Notes under the pieces: generated by a model
What the model saw: the letters and a program-made list of their open reading frames with translations, nothing else
Database searches by the model: none
What the model was told of the DNA's origin: nothing
Shown: one piece after another, positions 1 through 15,147 of the stretch
Layout: each line of letters opens with the position of its first letter
Numbering within the stretch: the first letter of the stretch is position 1
Origin: Eledone cirrhosa
Taxonomy: Eukaryota
DNA: 64,000 nt
Direction: 5' to 3'
NCBI GenBank assembly: GCA_964016885.1
Contig: OZ024740.1
Location: forward strand, 429,040,001-429,104,000
Position numbers and translations under genes: made by a program

Positions 1-805
1 CGTCTTTACTCGGTGTTTCTCGCTTTATTTGTGTTCGATCTGGCTACAGCTATGAAGTTTTCATATAAGAGTACAGTGTTATCGAAGATGAGGCGATATG
101 AATGTAACTGGAATTTAGTAACCAATTGGCCAGCGTTACAGACACAGTCACAGCTTCACAAACATGCTCACACAGGTATATATACTCCGCCATATACACA
201 TACATATACATGTCTCTTATATGCTTATGGAGTTTATTAAACATGATTTTGTATAAATGGAATATTCTTGTTTGTGTGATACTGAAGTAAACCATTTTGT
301 TTCAAGGAGAATAATGTGTCTTGACTAACGTCAGAGAAACACTAATAATGATGTATCAATAGACACACCATTATACAATCACTGTTTTGTAGTCTTCTTA
401 AAGAAAGCGGCGAATTTTCTTCGTAGAATTAATCGGTTAAACCATAAGAAATTAATCCTAAGAAGGAAAATAGACGAGAAAACGATCACAATCTTATTAG
501 TGTGTACGTTTAGGAATGTGTGTATGTATGTGTATAAACATTGTATTTTGTGTGATTATATTTGTGTAGGATATTACAGAAGTTTGTTGAAGGTAAGCAA
601 TTGATAGAAAGCTGTGGTCATGGAGAGTTCATGGAAGAGCTGTAAGACATGACATATTTCATCGTTCTTACGATACGGTATCAGAGCATTAGAAATCTGG
701 CTAGCTAAAATTGGCATAAATGACCATTGTCTAGGTAACACAATCCGATTTATACAACTTTTAAAACATTTGTTATTTGTTGTTACTCGCTAACTTCATT
801 AGTTA

Positions 806-868
<63 letters not shown>

Positions 869-1139
869 ACAAATACAGCGGTGTCTAGAGTAGCAAGAGG
901 GAGAATGTCAAAGAAAATCCAGATTTTAAGCATCTTTACATAGAATGTTTTAATCAAGGAAGTATAATATTAAATATGTTTTACTATAAACACCATCATT
1001 TTCGACGGGTGCCGTGATAATATTAATAATAATATTAACAATGATAATAACATCAACAAAATCCGAGCTATTGTGTTAGAGTCAAAATGACCAGCAATTA
1101 GCTGTGGCATCTCTCTAGAAAAAAATAACTTTCAAACTA

Positions 1140-1930
1140 TAGGAAAATAGGAGAAAACAATAGGAAAATAGGAGAAAGAAAACTTATTGAACGATAGAAT
1201 GAATGTTAAATAGAAGTGAGAGAAATAAGGAAAGAAAGAAAGATTAGAAGAATAAAAGGAAGAAAAAAGAAAGAAAGAAAGAATAAGGAAAGAAAGATGG
1301 AAAGAAAGGAAGGAAGGAAGGAAGGAAGGAAGGAAGGAAATGGAAAGAAAGAAAGAAAGAAAGAAAAGAAAGAAAGAAAGAAAGAAAAAAGAAAGAAAGT
1401 ATAAAGAAAGAATGATTAGAAGAATAAAAGGAAAGAAGGAAGAAAAATGAAAGAAAGAAAGGAAGAAAGAAAAAAAGAAAGGAAGAAAGAAAGAAAGAAT
1501 GAAAGAAAGAGAGAAAGAAAGAAAAGAACGAAAGAAAGAAATATTAGAATAATAAAAGGAGGAAGGAAGAAAAAGAAAAGAAAGATAGATAGATAGAAAG
1601 AAAGAAAGAAAAGAAGAATGAAAGAAAGAACGAAAAATGAGAGAAATGTGTGGAAAAAAAGGAGAAAGCCTGGGAAAATTAGGAGAGATAAGGAGAGATG
1701 GGAAGATAAAGGGGGTGGTATGAGACAAATGGCGGCGGGAATGTGTTGGGAGATAAAGGGGGGAAGTATGAGATGAAATGGCGGCGGGAATGTGTGGGAA
1801 GGTAAAGGGGGAAGAAAAGGGAAGGATATGAAATGAGAGAGAAAAATAGGAAGAATAAGAAGAGGAAAGAAGGGAAAGGCTAAAAGTAAGATGAAATAAA
1901 ACAAAAGGAATAAGAAGAAAGAAGGGAAAG
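1140..1930. repeat. Purine-rich low-complexity tract ((GAAA)n/(GGAA)n with local duplications)
   Basis: Almost purely A/G on the + strand; explains the F/S/L-rich spurious ORFs on the - strand. Confidence 0.95.
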
Positions 1931-2872
1931 AATATTTTGTTGTTGTTGCAGTGGACGCATGCGTTTACAGATCTTCCACTTAAAATGGGATTTTACGAGG
2001 ATTACTTGAAAGAAAAAAATCTCGCTTGTTCGTTTTTCATTCTAGACTACTGACAGGAGAGATTTCGGATTATTTCACCTCCACCCCATTTTTTTAGGGT
2101 GGAAAAAGGTTGTCTTTCATTTTTCTTTGTATGTATATTTCTACCGGGTGGCCATTTGTAAATTTGTCAGCATTTCAAAATGGCCACATTAGTGGTATGC
2201 GTCACAATGCTGGCAGTAACGATGAAAACAAATTTAAATGCCCGCCAAGAGCTTTCATATTCACAGATTAAAAAAAGAACATGACAAGTAAACAGATTTA
2301 TTTGCATGCACAAACATTAGCGTTTCAACCTTAAGAAACGCAAAAAAAAAGGAGCGTGCTGAAAACGCTAACTTAAGCGATAATACTAACAAAAACAACC
2401 CATATTTTAGGTAATGTGAATTCCTTGATATGAGCCTGCAAGGAAAGGTGAAAATATGGACGAGATATGACGAAAAAGACAGGGCATTCTTGTCTGGAAT
2501 TTGCGGATGGGACAGTACTCGTCTAGATATCCATCTGATACCGTCGTCCACATCTACATGCCTCCGGATGATGTCACTGATATATACAGGCACGCATTTG
2601 GGTTACACGCCTGCAATGATTCTCGGAGACCACCGGCTGAAAGCTGGTGTGAAGGTCGTTCATGTGATACAACTTTCCGTAGTTCATCGCTTTCACTGAG
2701 CTGTACTCTTCTGTCAAAGGCAGACTTTGACTGGGCATTTGGGCATCTGGATTGATATCAGGAGCTCACTTCCCTCCATGTACGGCGTCACCCCAATTCT
2801 TGCATTCCATAGTTTAGTAGAGGGTGAATGATGATTGTCTGAGAGTAATTTTGGGCACCAACGAGTTCAATC

Positions 2873-3960
2873 TGCCTAACTAAAAATGTTATCTATAGAT
2901 GTACTGTTACTAGTCATAATAGTGTTAAGTATTACATAGAGGCCACCTCTCGGTCGTTCAAGACCAGATTTCGAGCACACCTCCACTCTTTTAGGAATGA
3001 GAAGCTTAGATACTCTACGTCCCTCGCAAACTATATCACCCAATTAAATGACTATGACATTAGCTTCACCACTTATTGGGAAATTGTGAACAAGGCAACA
3101 CCCTACAACTTTAAGAAAAGCTGCCAGCTCTGTCTTATGGAACTGTGCTATATAGTGCATGCACCCCTGGACCTCATTAATAGTCGAGCCGAAACCGTTA
3201 TCAATTGCGGCCATAGACTACAACAGTCCTTCTATAGATGGACTCCGGCTAATACTCAAACACCATAAAACCTGGGGTCTCCAACACTGCGCCATGGCTC
3301 GACATAAAACGGTGTACTTAAAATTAAACATCGTTGAACAATACCATCATCCCACCCCCGTCGTCCCTCCAGGGAGCTGCACTATATATTTTCAGACGGG
3401 ATTACCCCATTGTATTCTTCCACACTGATAGACTAAACTCTGGGTAATATTACAGAACCGCTAATTAAACTCTTTAAACACTGTAGACATATGATCATAT
3501 AATTATACTGAATCCATCTTATATGTCTTTACATTTCTAGACTCTTAAGCCTACATTGAAATTGCAGCTTTGTATTAACTAAACTAGTGTATAGTCTTTA
3601 ATTACCTTACTCGGAATTGGTACTAATACTCATACCTTAACAGTGCCTCATTAAATTGACTCGACAAACCATAATTAAATTAACACCTTATAACAAGAAA
3701 TAAAAAATGTTAATAGCGGTCATTGATCTAACAGATAACTTTAACATGCACCGGGATTACCTCCCTTAGTACACAAGGATCTGCACTCCGTTTTGTAACA
3801 CGGAGTAATGCATTTCGATGTTAAAATGTTGCTTATACCCTTGTAGGGTTCATTATTAAAATCTATGCCTATTTAACCGCCTCAGACGAGCCCCATTGGG
3901 CGAAACATATGTAAGAGCTTTTTATAAATGTGTTTTAACGGCTTGCTTCTCTTCCATCAA
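2873..3960 (+). mobile_element. 5'-truncated Penelope-like element: GIY-YIG endonuclease remnant, 3' UTR and degenerate hammerhead
   Basis: 2873-3268 translates CLTKNVIYRCTV..KYYIEATSRSFKTRFRAHLHSF..STSLANYI..WEIV..CQLCLMEL..LINSRAETVINCGH, collinear with the GIY-YIG domains at 44092-44523 and 54003-54386. An HHR-like motif follows at 3879-3918. Confidence 0.85.
3879..3918 (+). ncRNA. Minimal type I hammerhead motif, degenerate (core CAGACGA, U4A)
   Basis: gcct-CAGACGA-gccc/gggc-GAAA-catatg (palindrome)-TA-agagc. Confidence 0.65.
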
Positions 3961-4612
3961 TTTTTTCGATTATAATTGCTCAGCTTAACTTCGTTCACTA
4001 AACATTAACGCCTCTAATATTTAACCCTGTTTACATAAGCATCGAGCACATATGCACCCGCTTTTGGCAAATAATCCTCTGTATCGTTTCTCTTTATACC
4101 TCATCTTTCTATCCTCTCTCACGATAGACAATTCTATTGACTAATTAATTGCTTAAGTTTATTTTAAAACAACCCAGTCGAGAGCTTAATTCGATTTGTG
4201 GAGTTTTTTGCAATACTTGCAATAATTTTACACATTCTGAATGCACCCGCCAAAAGCCGGGGTTACCTACCTAGCAGTGTAAACACGTGGGGTAGTCACT
4301 CCACCACTATTAATGCATTGGAACCCGCTCGCCGGCTGAGAACAAAATACCTGTTGACGAAATGGCAACCTGTTCGATCGTTATACCAAAAGCTTACGAC
4401 GAAAGTTAATTATTTTGTTTAACCTGCTTAGCTTGCTTCGTTTTTTCGGCTCCGGTGGCTGATAGCTTCACGACCACCGTTTTCATCTTGTTTGGCCTCT
4501 ATAACGTATGTTAATTGCTCTGGTTTTCTTTTAGTCCATTGAGCGCTTGCCACATACATCAAAAATTGCGTTTCGCTTTGCTTTTGGCCACCACCGAAAT
4601 ACGATCTCGCTG

Positions 4613-4614
<2 letters not shown>

Positions 4615-4655
<41 letters not shown>

Positions 4656-4701
4656 TATATTTATATATATATATATATATAATTTATATATATATATATA
4701 A

Positions 4702-4744
<43 letters not shown>

Positions 4745-4806
4745 TATATATATATATATATATATATTATATTTATATATATATAAATTATATTTATATA
4801 AATATA

Positions 4807-4879
<73 letters not shown>

Positions 4880-5011
4880 TAATTTATATATATATATATA
4901 TATATATTATATTTATATATATATATATATAAATTATTTATATATATATATATATATAGATAGATATATATATTATATTTATATAAATATAATTTTTATA
5001 TATATATATAA

Positions 5012-5060
<49 letters not shown>

Positions 5061-5116
5061 TATATATATATATAAATTATATTTATATATATATATATTT
5101 ATATATATATATATTA

Positions 5117-5190
<74 letters not shown>

Positions 5191-5197
5191 TTATATA
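4615..5197. repeat. Large interrupted (TA)n microsatellite, representative of dozens of (TA)n/(TG)n/(CATA)n tracts in the window
   Basis: Direct observation. Similar tracts at 808-866, 5553-5965, 7083-7262, 21050-21690, 23450-23735, 24770-25350, 26105-26400, 35800-36150 and 50190-50370. Confidence 0.97.
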
Positions 5198-5442
5198 TTC
5201 AGGTTTGAGGTTCACCACTGTATAGAGCTGGTCTATTCCGTATGGTCAATCGTAATGCAATAATATAGAGAGTACTCAACGTAAAGCAGTTCAACCGTCT
5301 TTGTTTTTGTAGTTGGTGGTGCTATTACGGAGTTAAATATTATAATGAAATGACAGGAGGCTGGATTTGTGTAAATCCTTGAAAGGGTCTCGATTTTCAG
5401 CCCCATGGATTTTACCTATTACATTCACGTATTATATTTCGA

Positions 5443-5500
5443 ATACCTGATGATATCACCGGATTCATACGGAACCCGGTCATTGAAATGATCATAGTAT
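5443..5500 (+). ncRNA. Type I hammerhead motif (family A), in a fold-back PLE terminal-repeat fragment 5198-5552
   Basis: atac-CTGATGA-..accgg/ccggt..-GAAA-tgatca-TA-gtat, then AATAAA. Other copies at 40738-40791 (core deleted), 51007-51064 (-) and 51176-51231 (+). Confidence 0.8.
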
Positions 5501-5906
5501 AATAAACCTTTCAAGGATTTACACAAATCCAGCCTCCTGTCATTTCATTATTATATTATATTTATATATATATATATATAAATTGTATTTATATATATAT
5601 ATATATATATATATAGTAATAATAATAAATTTGAAGACTAAAATCCAAAGAGGGCTCGATAAGGATAAATATATATTAAATATATAAGAACCGTAGAGCA
5701 AATATTTATTAAAATTTATTAAAATCTGTTATTTTAATAAATATATATATATATATATATATTATATTTATATATATATAAATAAATTATATTTATATAT
5801 ATATATATATATATACTCAATACATAAACAGAGAAAGCCTTAAGCGATACTCCGACCAACTCCATCTCACTCAACAAACATTAGGATATACTTAAGTATT
5901 ATCCTA

Positions 5907-5968
<62 letters not shown>

Positions 5969-6059
5969 CAGAAGAAAAGTGGTAAGGAACCAGGTGGACC
6001 ATAACGCACCAAAGTACTCAATACTTAGGGTAGTAGAGTGGGTAATAGGAACGAGTAGG

Positions 6060-6155
6060 ACCCCGACGGCTGAGCTCAAGCCGTTTCGACGGCTAATTCT
6101 GGACTAAATGAACATTTTTATCCTGGTATTTGAATAGCCGAGCTTCTCAAGGGGT
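6060..6155 (-). ncRNA. Type I hammerhead motif with U3-A8 core (UUGAGAA), family B
   Basis: Minus strand reads acccc-TTGAGAA-g..cggcta/tagccg..c-GAAA-cggct/agccg-TC-ggggt. Partial copies at 8103-8250, 12700-12745, 25466-25632 and 56962-57062. Confidence 0.75.
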
Positions 6156-7077
6156 AATTCCATATATGGTCAAAGTGATTCTCACAGGGATTGGTCAAAA
6201 GTTTGTAGTTGAGACATAATAATTCTATGATGGCAATTAGTGGAGGGAAGAGGTAGCTAAACCTGCCAGTAGGAGAAAGAGGGAGAGGGGTGGAGGAGAC
6301 CCATTCATGCGTTGATAGTGCCGGCTACAGCTGGGCGTGAGGTCAAAGAAGATACTAGGGAGGGGAGGGGGAGGAAGTCGAAACAGTAAGTAGAACAATG
6401 AGGGGTAAATATATAGAAAAATACGGAGAGTGTTAAAAAGCAAATTAAATGTAAAAAAAAATATACAATTTCTGGTTACTACGACCTAAGTCTCTCACTA
6501 TTGCTAGGCTAAAGAAATATACTAGGTGGGACGGAATTAAAATGAGACCCTTTTAAGAGGTATAAGTAAATAAACCGAGTATATCTTACGGTGACGGGTC
6601 AACAAGTGAGGGGCCAAAATATTAAAGAGACTACCACGAAATAATAAAAGTTTCTACCCCAGGCACAAGGCCAGCAACCACCCAGTGCAAAAAAGTAAAC
6701 TAATACGAAATAATAATTCAGAGTCCCGAAAAAGAATACTAATACTATCTCTAAGGGTGCCGCCACGATACAAAAGTTCTAGTGCAAGCTATATAAAAGC
6801 TCGTACGAAGTAAAAGTAAAATTTGATACGGAAAATTAATTCAGAATCCCCCTCAATATATATATATGCAGAGGTTATATTTAATTTGTTGGGATTCAAC
6901 AAGCTTAAACAAATTATAACTGATATAAAGCACTCAACTAGTAGTGGAGTAAATATTCAATATAATAATACATGGAAACTATATTTATAATACCATAATT
7001 TAACCTTGGTTGCCCTTGAAATATATATAATAAAATAATTATGGTTTTATAAATATAGTTTCCATTTATTAATATAT

Positions 7078-7133
<56 letters not shown>

Positions 7134-7134
7134 C

Positions 7135-7225
<91 letters not shown>

Positions 7226-7262
7226 CATATATATACATATATATATACATATATATATATAT

Positions 7263-7827
7263 TGAAATACCAATAAAAGTTGGAAGATCACTGATGAAGG
7301 ACTAATTTTATTCATATGTAACCCATGTGCAACCACGCAGCACTCCATTTTTCTTATATTTATATTTTTTCCTCAGCTGCGATTGTCTTTTTCTTTCTTA
7401 ATGCTTCCCCTCTGTATCTCTCACCTTCTTTTTACCCCCTCTGCCAGTGACACTCTCTCTCTCGGCTGGCCTCTTCCTCACACTTCCACTCACTCACTCT
7501 CTGCTTCTTCCCCTCTCTCACTTCCTCCCGTTTGACCTGTGTGAAATCCTTTTCTCGCTCACATCTCACCAATGTCGGATGGTCTGTATATTGTCCATGA
7601 ATTCACCAAGCTTAAGCTTACAGATATCATGTACTTGTCTCTTCCTATTTTTCCGTTGCCTTACCATCGTTGTTTGTTTACATGTCTCGCTCGTCTCACC
7701 CTATTTTACTTATCCCAATAACTTTATTTAGTTATTGCTCGCATCAACCAGAGGTATATGATTTTTAAAGCGATGAAATACCAATGAAGGTTGGAAGATC
7801 ACTGATGAAGGACTAATTTTATTCATA
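7263..7827 (+). mobile_element. Non-coding repeat of about 510 nt with partial terminal direct repeat containing CTGATGA (family C)
   Basis: 7263-7316 is repeated at 7774-7827; flanked by (TA)n; homologous to 16423-16993 (-). Confidence 0.7.
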
Positions 7828-7849
7828 CATATATATATACATATATATA

Positions 7850-8086
7850 TGGTCCGAATGCAACGACGATGGATACATCAAGCTTGTTACATACACTTTC
7901 CGTACTCTTCCATGTCTCACAGGCATATATATCGGGGGAGAAGCAGAGAGTGAATAAGGAGGACCTGCAGGAGATGGGAATTAACTGGAGGGGTGCTAGA
8001 AGGGCCGCCAGAGACAGGATCAAGTGGAGGAAGCTCGTCGCCAAATGTTCCACAAGGGACTGGAGGAACTAAGACTAAGACTAAGA
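7850..8086 (+). mobile_element. RTE-clade LINE 3' fragment with inverted 5' piece and (CTAAGA)n tail
   Basis: + strand reads KEDLQEMGINWRGARRAARDRIKWRKLVAKC..* then ctaagactaagactaaga. 7850-7930 on the - strand reads IYACETWKSTESVCNKLDV/HRRCIRTI. Confidence 0.8.
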
Positions 8087-8883
8087 TATATATATATATC
8101 TATAACGAAGGAAATGTGGTAAGGAACCAGGTGGACCATAACGCACCAAAGTAATCAATAATTAGGGTAGTAGAGTGGGTAATAGGAACCAGTAAGACCC
8201 CGTCGAAACGGCTTGAGCTCAGCCGTCGGGGTCTTACTGGTCCCTATTATATATATATATATGTGTGTGTACAGTTACAGTAGGTTCACCAGAGTGAGCA
8301 CTCAATACGTAGTTCCCAGTAAATATAGAGGAATATATATATATATCAGCTTCCTACTGACAGTCTATATTTGTTTTTATCCGCTCCATTGCTTTTGTTA
8401 TACTACAGTAAGTGAGGAATATGTTATGTTTCTATGAGTAGCCGTCAACGAAATGTGATGAAAAATATATTAGATGTCCGTAAATATCGTTTTCTTTTAC
8501 CACATGTCCTCAGCATTAAATATATTTTCCTTGTTATAACATAGCTTTAGAAGTCTACACTGAGTTGTTGAGTGAAGGTAACTTATCATACTATCTAATG
8601 ATATTACATATGTCTCCTGTGTCTCTTGCCAGGGCTAAAGTCACTTATAATGCACAATTGGCAGTATTGTTGTTGTTGTTATTGTTGTTGTTGTTGTTGT
8701 TGTTGTTTTAACGCCGCTGATCAGATATATTTCATTCGTAGATAAATAAAGATATATCTATTTATCCACATCATTCTGTCTCACTCTCTCTCTCTCTCTC
8801 TCTCTCACTCTCTATCACTCTCTCTACCCCCCCCCCTCTCTCTCTCTCTCTCTTTATATATATATATGAATGCATATATGTAT

Positions 8884-9004
8884 GTTTCTCTTAATTTCGA
8901 GTACATATTTAACCGGCCACCTTCCTGGTGGCAAGGTTGTAAAAGAAAAGAAATTGTCATCCCTTGAATCGCAGGAATGTGTTTGCAAATTTTGAAGGTG
9001 CCAT
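8884..9004 (-). mobile_element. 3' end of an R4/Dong-like LINE subfamily
   Basis: Encodes GTFKICK.., near-identical to 35289-35405 (+) and homologous to the C-terminus GTVKICKTF at about 33495-33520; followed by CATACATA. Confidence 0.75.
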
Positions 9005-9040
9005 GCACACATATATGCATACAGATATATGTATATATAG

Positions 9041-10370
9041 ATAGGTAGGTATGTAGGTAGGTAGGTAGGTAGGTAGGTAGGTAGGTAGGTAGGTATGTAA
9101 GTAGGTAGGTAGGTAGGTAGGTAGGTAGGTAGGTAGGTAGGTAGGGAGGTAGGGAGGTAGGGAGGTAGGTAGGTAGGTAGGTAGGTAGGTAGGTATGTAA
9201 GTAGGTAGGTAGGTAGGTAGGTAGGTAGGTAGGTAGGTTGGTAGGGAGGTAGGGAGGTAGGTAGGTAGGTAGGTAGGTATGTAAGTAGGTAGGTAGGTAG
9301 GTAGGTAGATAGGTAGGTAGGGAGGTAGGGAGGTAGGGAGGTAGGTAGGTAGGTAGGTAGGTAGGTAGGTAGGTAGGTAGGTAGGTAGGGAGGTAGGGAG
9401 GTAGGTAGGTAGGTAGGTAGGTAGGTGGGTAGGTAGGTAGGTGGGTAGGTAGGTAGGTAGGTAGGTAGGTGGGTAGGTAGGTAGGTAGGTAGGTAGGTAG
9501 GGAGGTAGGGAGGGAGGTAGGTAGGTAGGTAGGTAGGTAGGTAGGTAGGTGGGTAGGTGGGTAGGTGGGTAGGTAGGTAGGTAGGTGGGTAGGTAGGTAG
9601 GTAGGTAGGTAGGTAGGTAGGTAGGTAGGTAGGTAGGTAGGTAGGTAGGTGTGTAGGTAGGTAGGTAGGTAGGTAGGTAGGTAGGTAGGTAGGTAGGTAG
9701 GTAGGTGGGTAGGTAGGTAGGGAGGTAGGTAGGTAGGTAGGTAGGTAGGTAGGTAGGTAGGTAGGGAGGTAGGTAGGTAGGTGGGTAGGTAGGTAGGTAG
9801 GTAGGTAGGTAGGTAGGTAGGTATGTAAGTAGGTAGGTGGGTAGGTATGTAAGTAGGTAGGTGGGTAGGTAGAATGGTAGGTAGGTAGGGTGGTAGGTAG
9901 GTAGAAGGTAGGAAGGTAGGTAGGTAGGTGGGTAGGTAGGTAGGTAGGTAGGTAGGTGGGTAGGTATGTAAGTAGGTAGGTGGGTAGGTAGAATGGTAGG
10001 TAGGTAGGGTGGTAGGTAGGTAGAAGGTAGGAAGGTAGGTAGGTAGGTGGGTAGGTAGGTAGGTATGTAAGTAGGTAGGTGGGTAGGTAGAATGGTAGGT
10101 AGGTAGGGTGGTAGGTAGGTAGAAGGTAGGAAGGTAGGTAGGTAGGTGTGTAGGTAGGTAGGTATGTAAGTAGGTAGGTGGGTAGGTAGAATGGTAGGTA
10201 GGTAGGGTGGTAGGTAGGTAGAAGGTAGGAAGGTAGGTAAGTTGGTAGATAAAGAGGTGGGTACGTTGGTAGATAAATAGGTAGGTAGGTAGGTAGGTAG
10301 GTAGGTAGGTAGGTAGGTAGGTAGGTAGGTAGGTAGGTAGGTAGGTAGGTAGGTGTGTAGGTAGGTATGT
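9041..10370. repeat. (TAGG)n tetranucleotide array with higher-order units
   Basis: About 1.3 kb of GGTA repeats; the variant block AGAATGG recurs at 9871, 9990, 10089 and 10188. Confidence 0.97.
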
Positions 10371-10518
10371 AAAAGTCAGTTATATAAAGTGACACTGGCA
10401 GCAGTATCTTATGTAGCGGGGGGCGGGGGGCAATGAGCCAACAATGTGACCGGAACTAGTTCCTTTCAGATTCCATTTTTAAAACCTAGATTGATACTTT
10501 GTGTTTGAACCAATGGTC

Positions 10519-10594
<76 letters not shown>

Positions 10595-11907
10595 AAGATT
10601 CAATGAGTACATCAAAGAATGAGTTTTACAGTAGATTGGAAGCACTCTACAGCATCAACTGTTGAACATATAAGTCATAACGGCTTATAAAACTTTAACA
10701 ATGCTTTATCTTCTAATCATTTATAATGGAACTAATGTTTGAATGAATGGCACTTGTTTGATAACTTGTTTACTGGATAGATATCCATACCCTATGGTTT
10801 TGGGGGATATTTTTAACTTTGATTCAGATCTTTATTTTTCTATCTCTGTTTTAAATATATAGTTTAGATATCTAACCTGTAAATTTTACTGACTTTAATT
10901 TGAACTGCGTTTACATTTTTTATATATATGTATATATTTCTTTTTTTATATATATATTTTACTCATTTTAAGATGGTTTTTGAGGACTCAGAAAGTTGGT
11001 TTTGCGCTTTGCTTTTGATGTATATTTAACAAGCTATAATAGCAGACAAATATTGGTTTATCTCTCCACTGAACTGGAGGTAGAACTACTAACAATGTTT
11101 GTAAACGCTATTTTTTAGTAGTTATATACCGTTTCATTAATATCTAGTATATCTATGTATAGTTTGTACACATATCTTTATCTAGTATAATAACATAATC
11201 ATAGTTATATTTGTATAAAACTAATAAAAATGATTATAATTACTATTTTTATTAAATGTTTACCTTTTCATTAATACCTAGTACATCTATATATAGTTTT
11301 ATACAAATATCTTTAACATAATCGTAGTTACATTTATATAAATAATTTAAACCCTCAAATGTTATTATTATAAGTGTTTGGTCTTCCCTGGAAGGTCGAA
11401 CTTATATAATCATTTACTTAATATAATATATGAACTAATAATAAATTATAGTTCGGTTTTCCCTGGAAGGTCGAACTTATATAATCACTTACTTAATATA
11501 ATATATGAACAAATAATAAATTATATTTCTGGTATTATGATCAATACACATATATATATATATAGCTGAAAACTCTGACTTCTTTAGGTTTAATTATAAG
11601 ACCTGTTAATATTTTAGGCACTTTAACTATTTAACAATAAATTCTTTAATAGTTTTAACTGTAAATATCTCATAAATTATATTATAGAAAATGTTGTCAG
11701 TGTTATAAGTAATTTTGATAAAGATTACCTTTGTGGGAATATTGAACATTATATGTATATTTTCTTTCTTTCGCGAGCTTCGTAAATCCTTTAAATTTGT
11801 CTTCATAAAATTTTGAATGTTAGAAATTTAACATAATTATATTATAATATTTCGTTTCTGAATTTGTTTAGCAAGATTCTTTATCTGAAATCGTGTGTTG
11901 AAACCGA

Positions 11908-11963
11908 TATTGTTATACTTTGGGAGGGTCATGGCAACATGACCCTCCCAAAGTATAACAATA
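11908..11963. repeat. Perfect hairpin derived from the terminal sequence of the Naiad-like PLE
   Basis: atattgttatactttgggagggtcatg-gcaa-catgaccctcccaaagtataacaatat. 11850-11935 matches 38347-38435; related pieces at 19745-19780 and 56787-56826. Confidence 0.85.
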
Positions 11964-12447
11964 TATTATAATATTAATACAAATATCCATCAACTTTTAA
12001 AACCTAAAATTTTGATTCTTTACCCTGAAATAACATAAATTAAATATTTTGAAAATTAACCGCCAAAACTATATATGATTATGTTGTGTATAAAGAAATT
12101 TGACCATAAATTACTCCCCTTTGTCTCGCCCTCTCTTTAATTATCTATCATTTGTCTTCTTAAGCTAAATACTAAATAAGTTATAACTTCAGCTACGTCT
12201 TCCTCTATACTTTCCTCTACCGAATAGTTCTATAGTAGTATTTCAAATTTTATAAATTCTATAACTGTTGCATTAAGGGAATGTTTTTCTTAACATATAT
12301 TACTCACACACTCTCTCTATTGATTTTATTACGTTTTCTCATGTTCTCAATATTAAGGTATAAATATTGAGTTTTCTCATAAGTTAATCACTACCTTGAT
12401 TAAATCTTAATGATCTACCATGTCAGGGTTTGTCGTGTATCATTTTA

Positions 12448-12510
12448 TTTTATCTGATGAGGACGTACTGTTGAACTTAATTCAGTACCACTGAAATATG
12501 TATAATAAAA
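12448..12510 (+). ncRNA. Type I hammerhead motif
   Basis: ttttat-CTGATGA-..gtactg/cagtac..-GAAA-tatgta-TA-ataaaa. Confidence 0.8.
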
Positions 12511-12552
12511 TTTAATTGATCACAAGAATATTTATTTTTGTTAATATTTGAA

Positions 12553-12620
<68 letters not shown>

Positions 12621-12772
12621 TATACATACACACGCATACAAACACCACACACATATATGTATATATATATATATGTATATATATAGATAGATAGATATAT
12701 GAAAAGAAGGACCCCGACGGCTGAGCTCCGGCCGTTTCGACAGCTAGATCCACACCCTCCACACCCTCTCTG

Positions 12773-12867
<95 letters not shown>

Positions 12868-13036
12868 AATTACATTAAAGGTCGAATGGCATATATATAT
12901 ATATAAGATATTTTAATATTCTACTTCCGTAACTATGTGTGTTTACACTCAACAAATTATCCCTTGTCAATGTTTGATATGTTTATTTTATATATATACA
13001 TATACATATATATATATGTATATATATATATATGTA

Positions 13037-15048
<2,012 letters not shown>

Positions 15049-15080
15049 AGATCAAAAGATGGTTAAAAGAGTTCCATGTA

Positions 15081-15147
15081 TTTTATTATGCGCATTTCAA
15101 AAACAAATATCATCATGGGATGATATTTGCGTTCTCATCAGATAAAA
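15081..15147 (-). ncRNA. Type I hammerhead motif, intact core
   Basis: ttttat-CTGATGA-..caaatatcatc/gatgatatttg..-GAAA-tgcgca-TA-ataaaa. Confidence 0.82.

Larger units (their letters stand above)
10592..12552 (+). mobile_element. Probable PLE 3' UTR/pLTR remnant ending in a hammerhead
   Basis: AT-rich tract between (TA)n blocks, with an internal tandem duplication of about 78 bp (11383-11525) and a terminal HHR plus AATAAA at 12448-12510. No convincing coding remnant. Confidence 0.5.

Noticed and set aside
9041-10370. Possible interstitial telomeric repeat
   Set aside because: The unit is TAGG, not TTAGGG or TTAGG.
8854-10395. 513-aa PTYL-repeat ORF
   Set aside because: Translation of the (CCTA)n strand of the TAGG array; no unique coding content.
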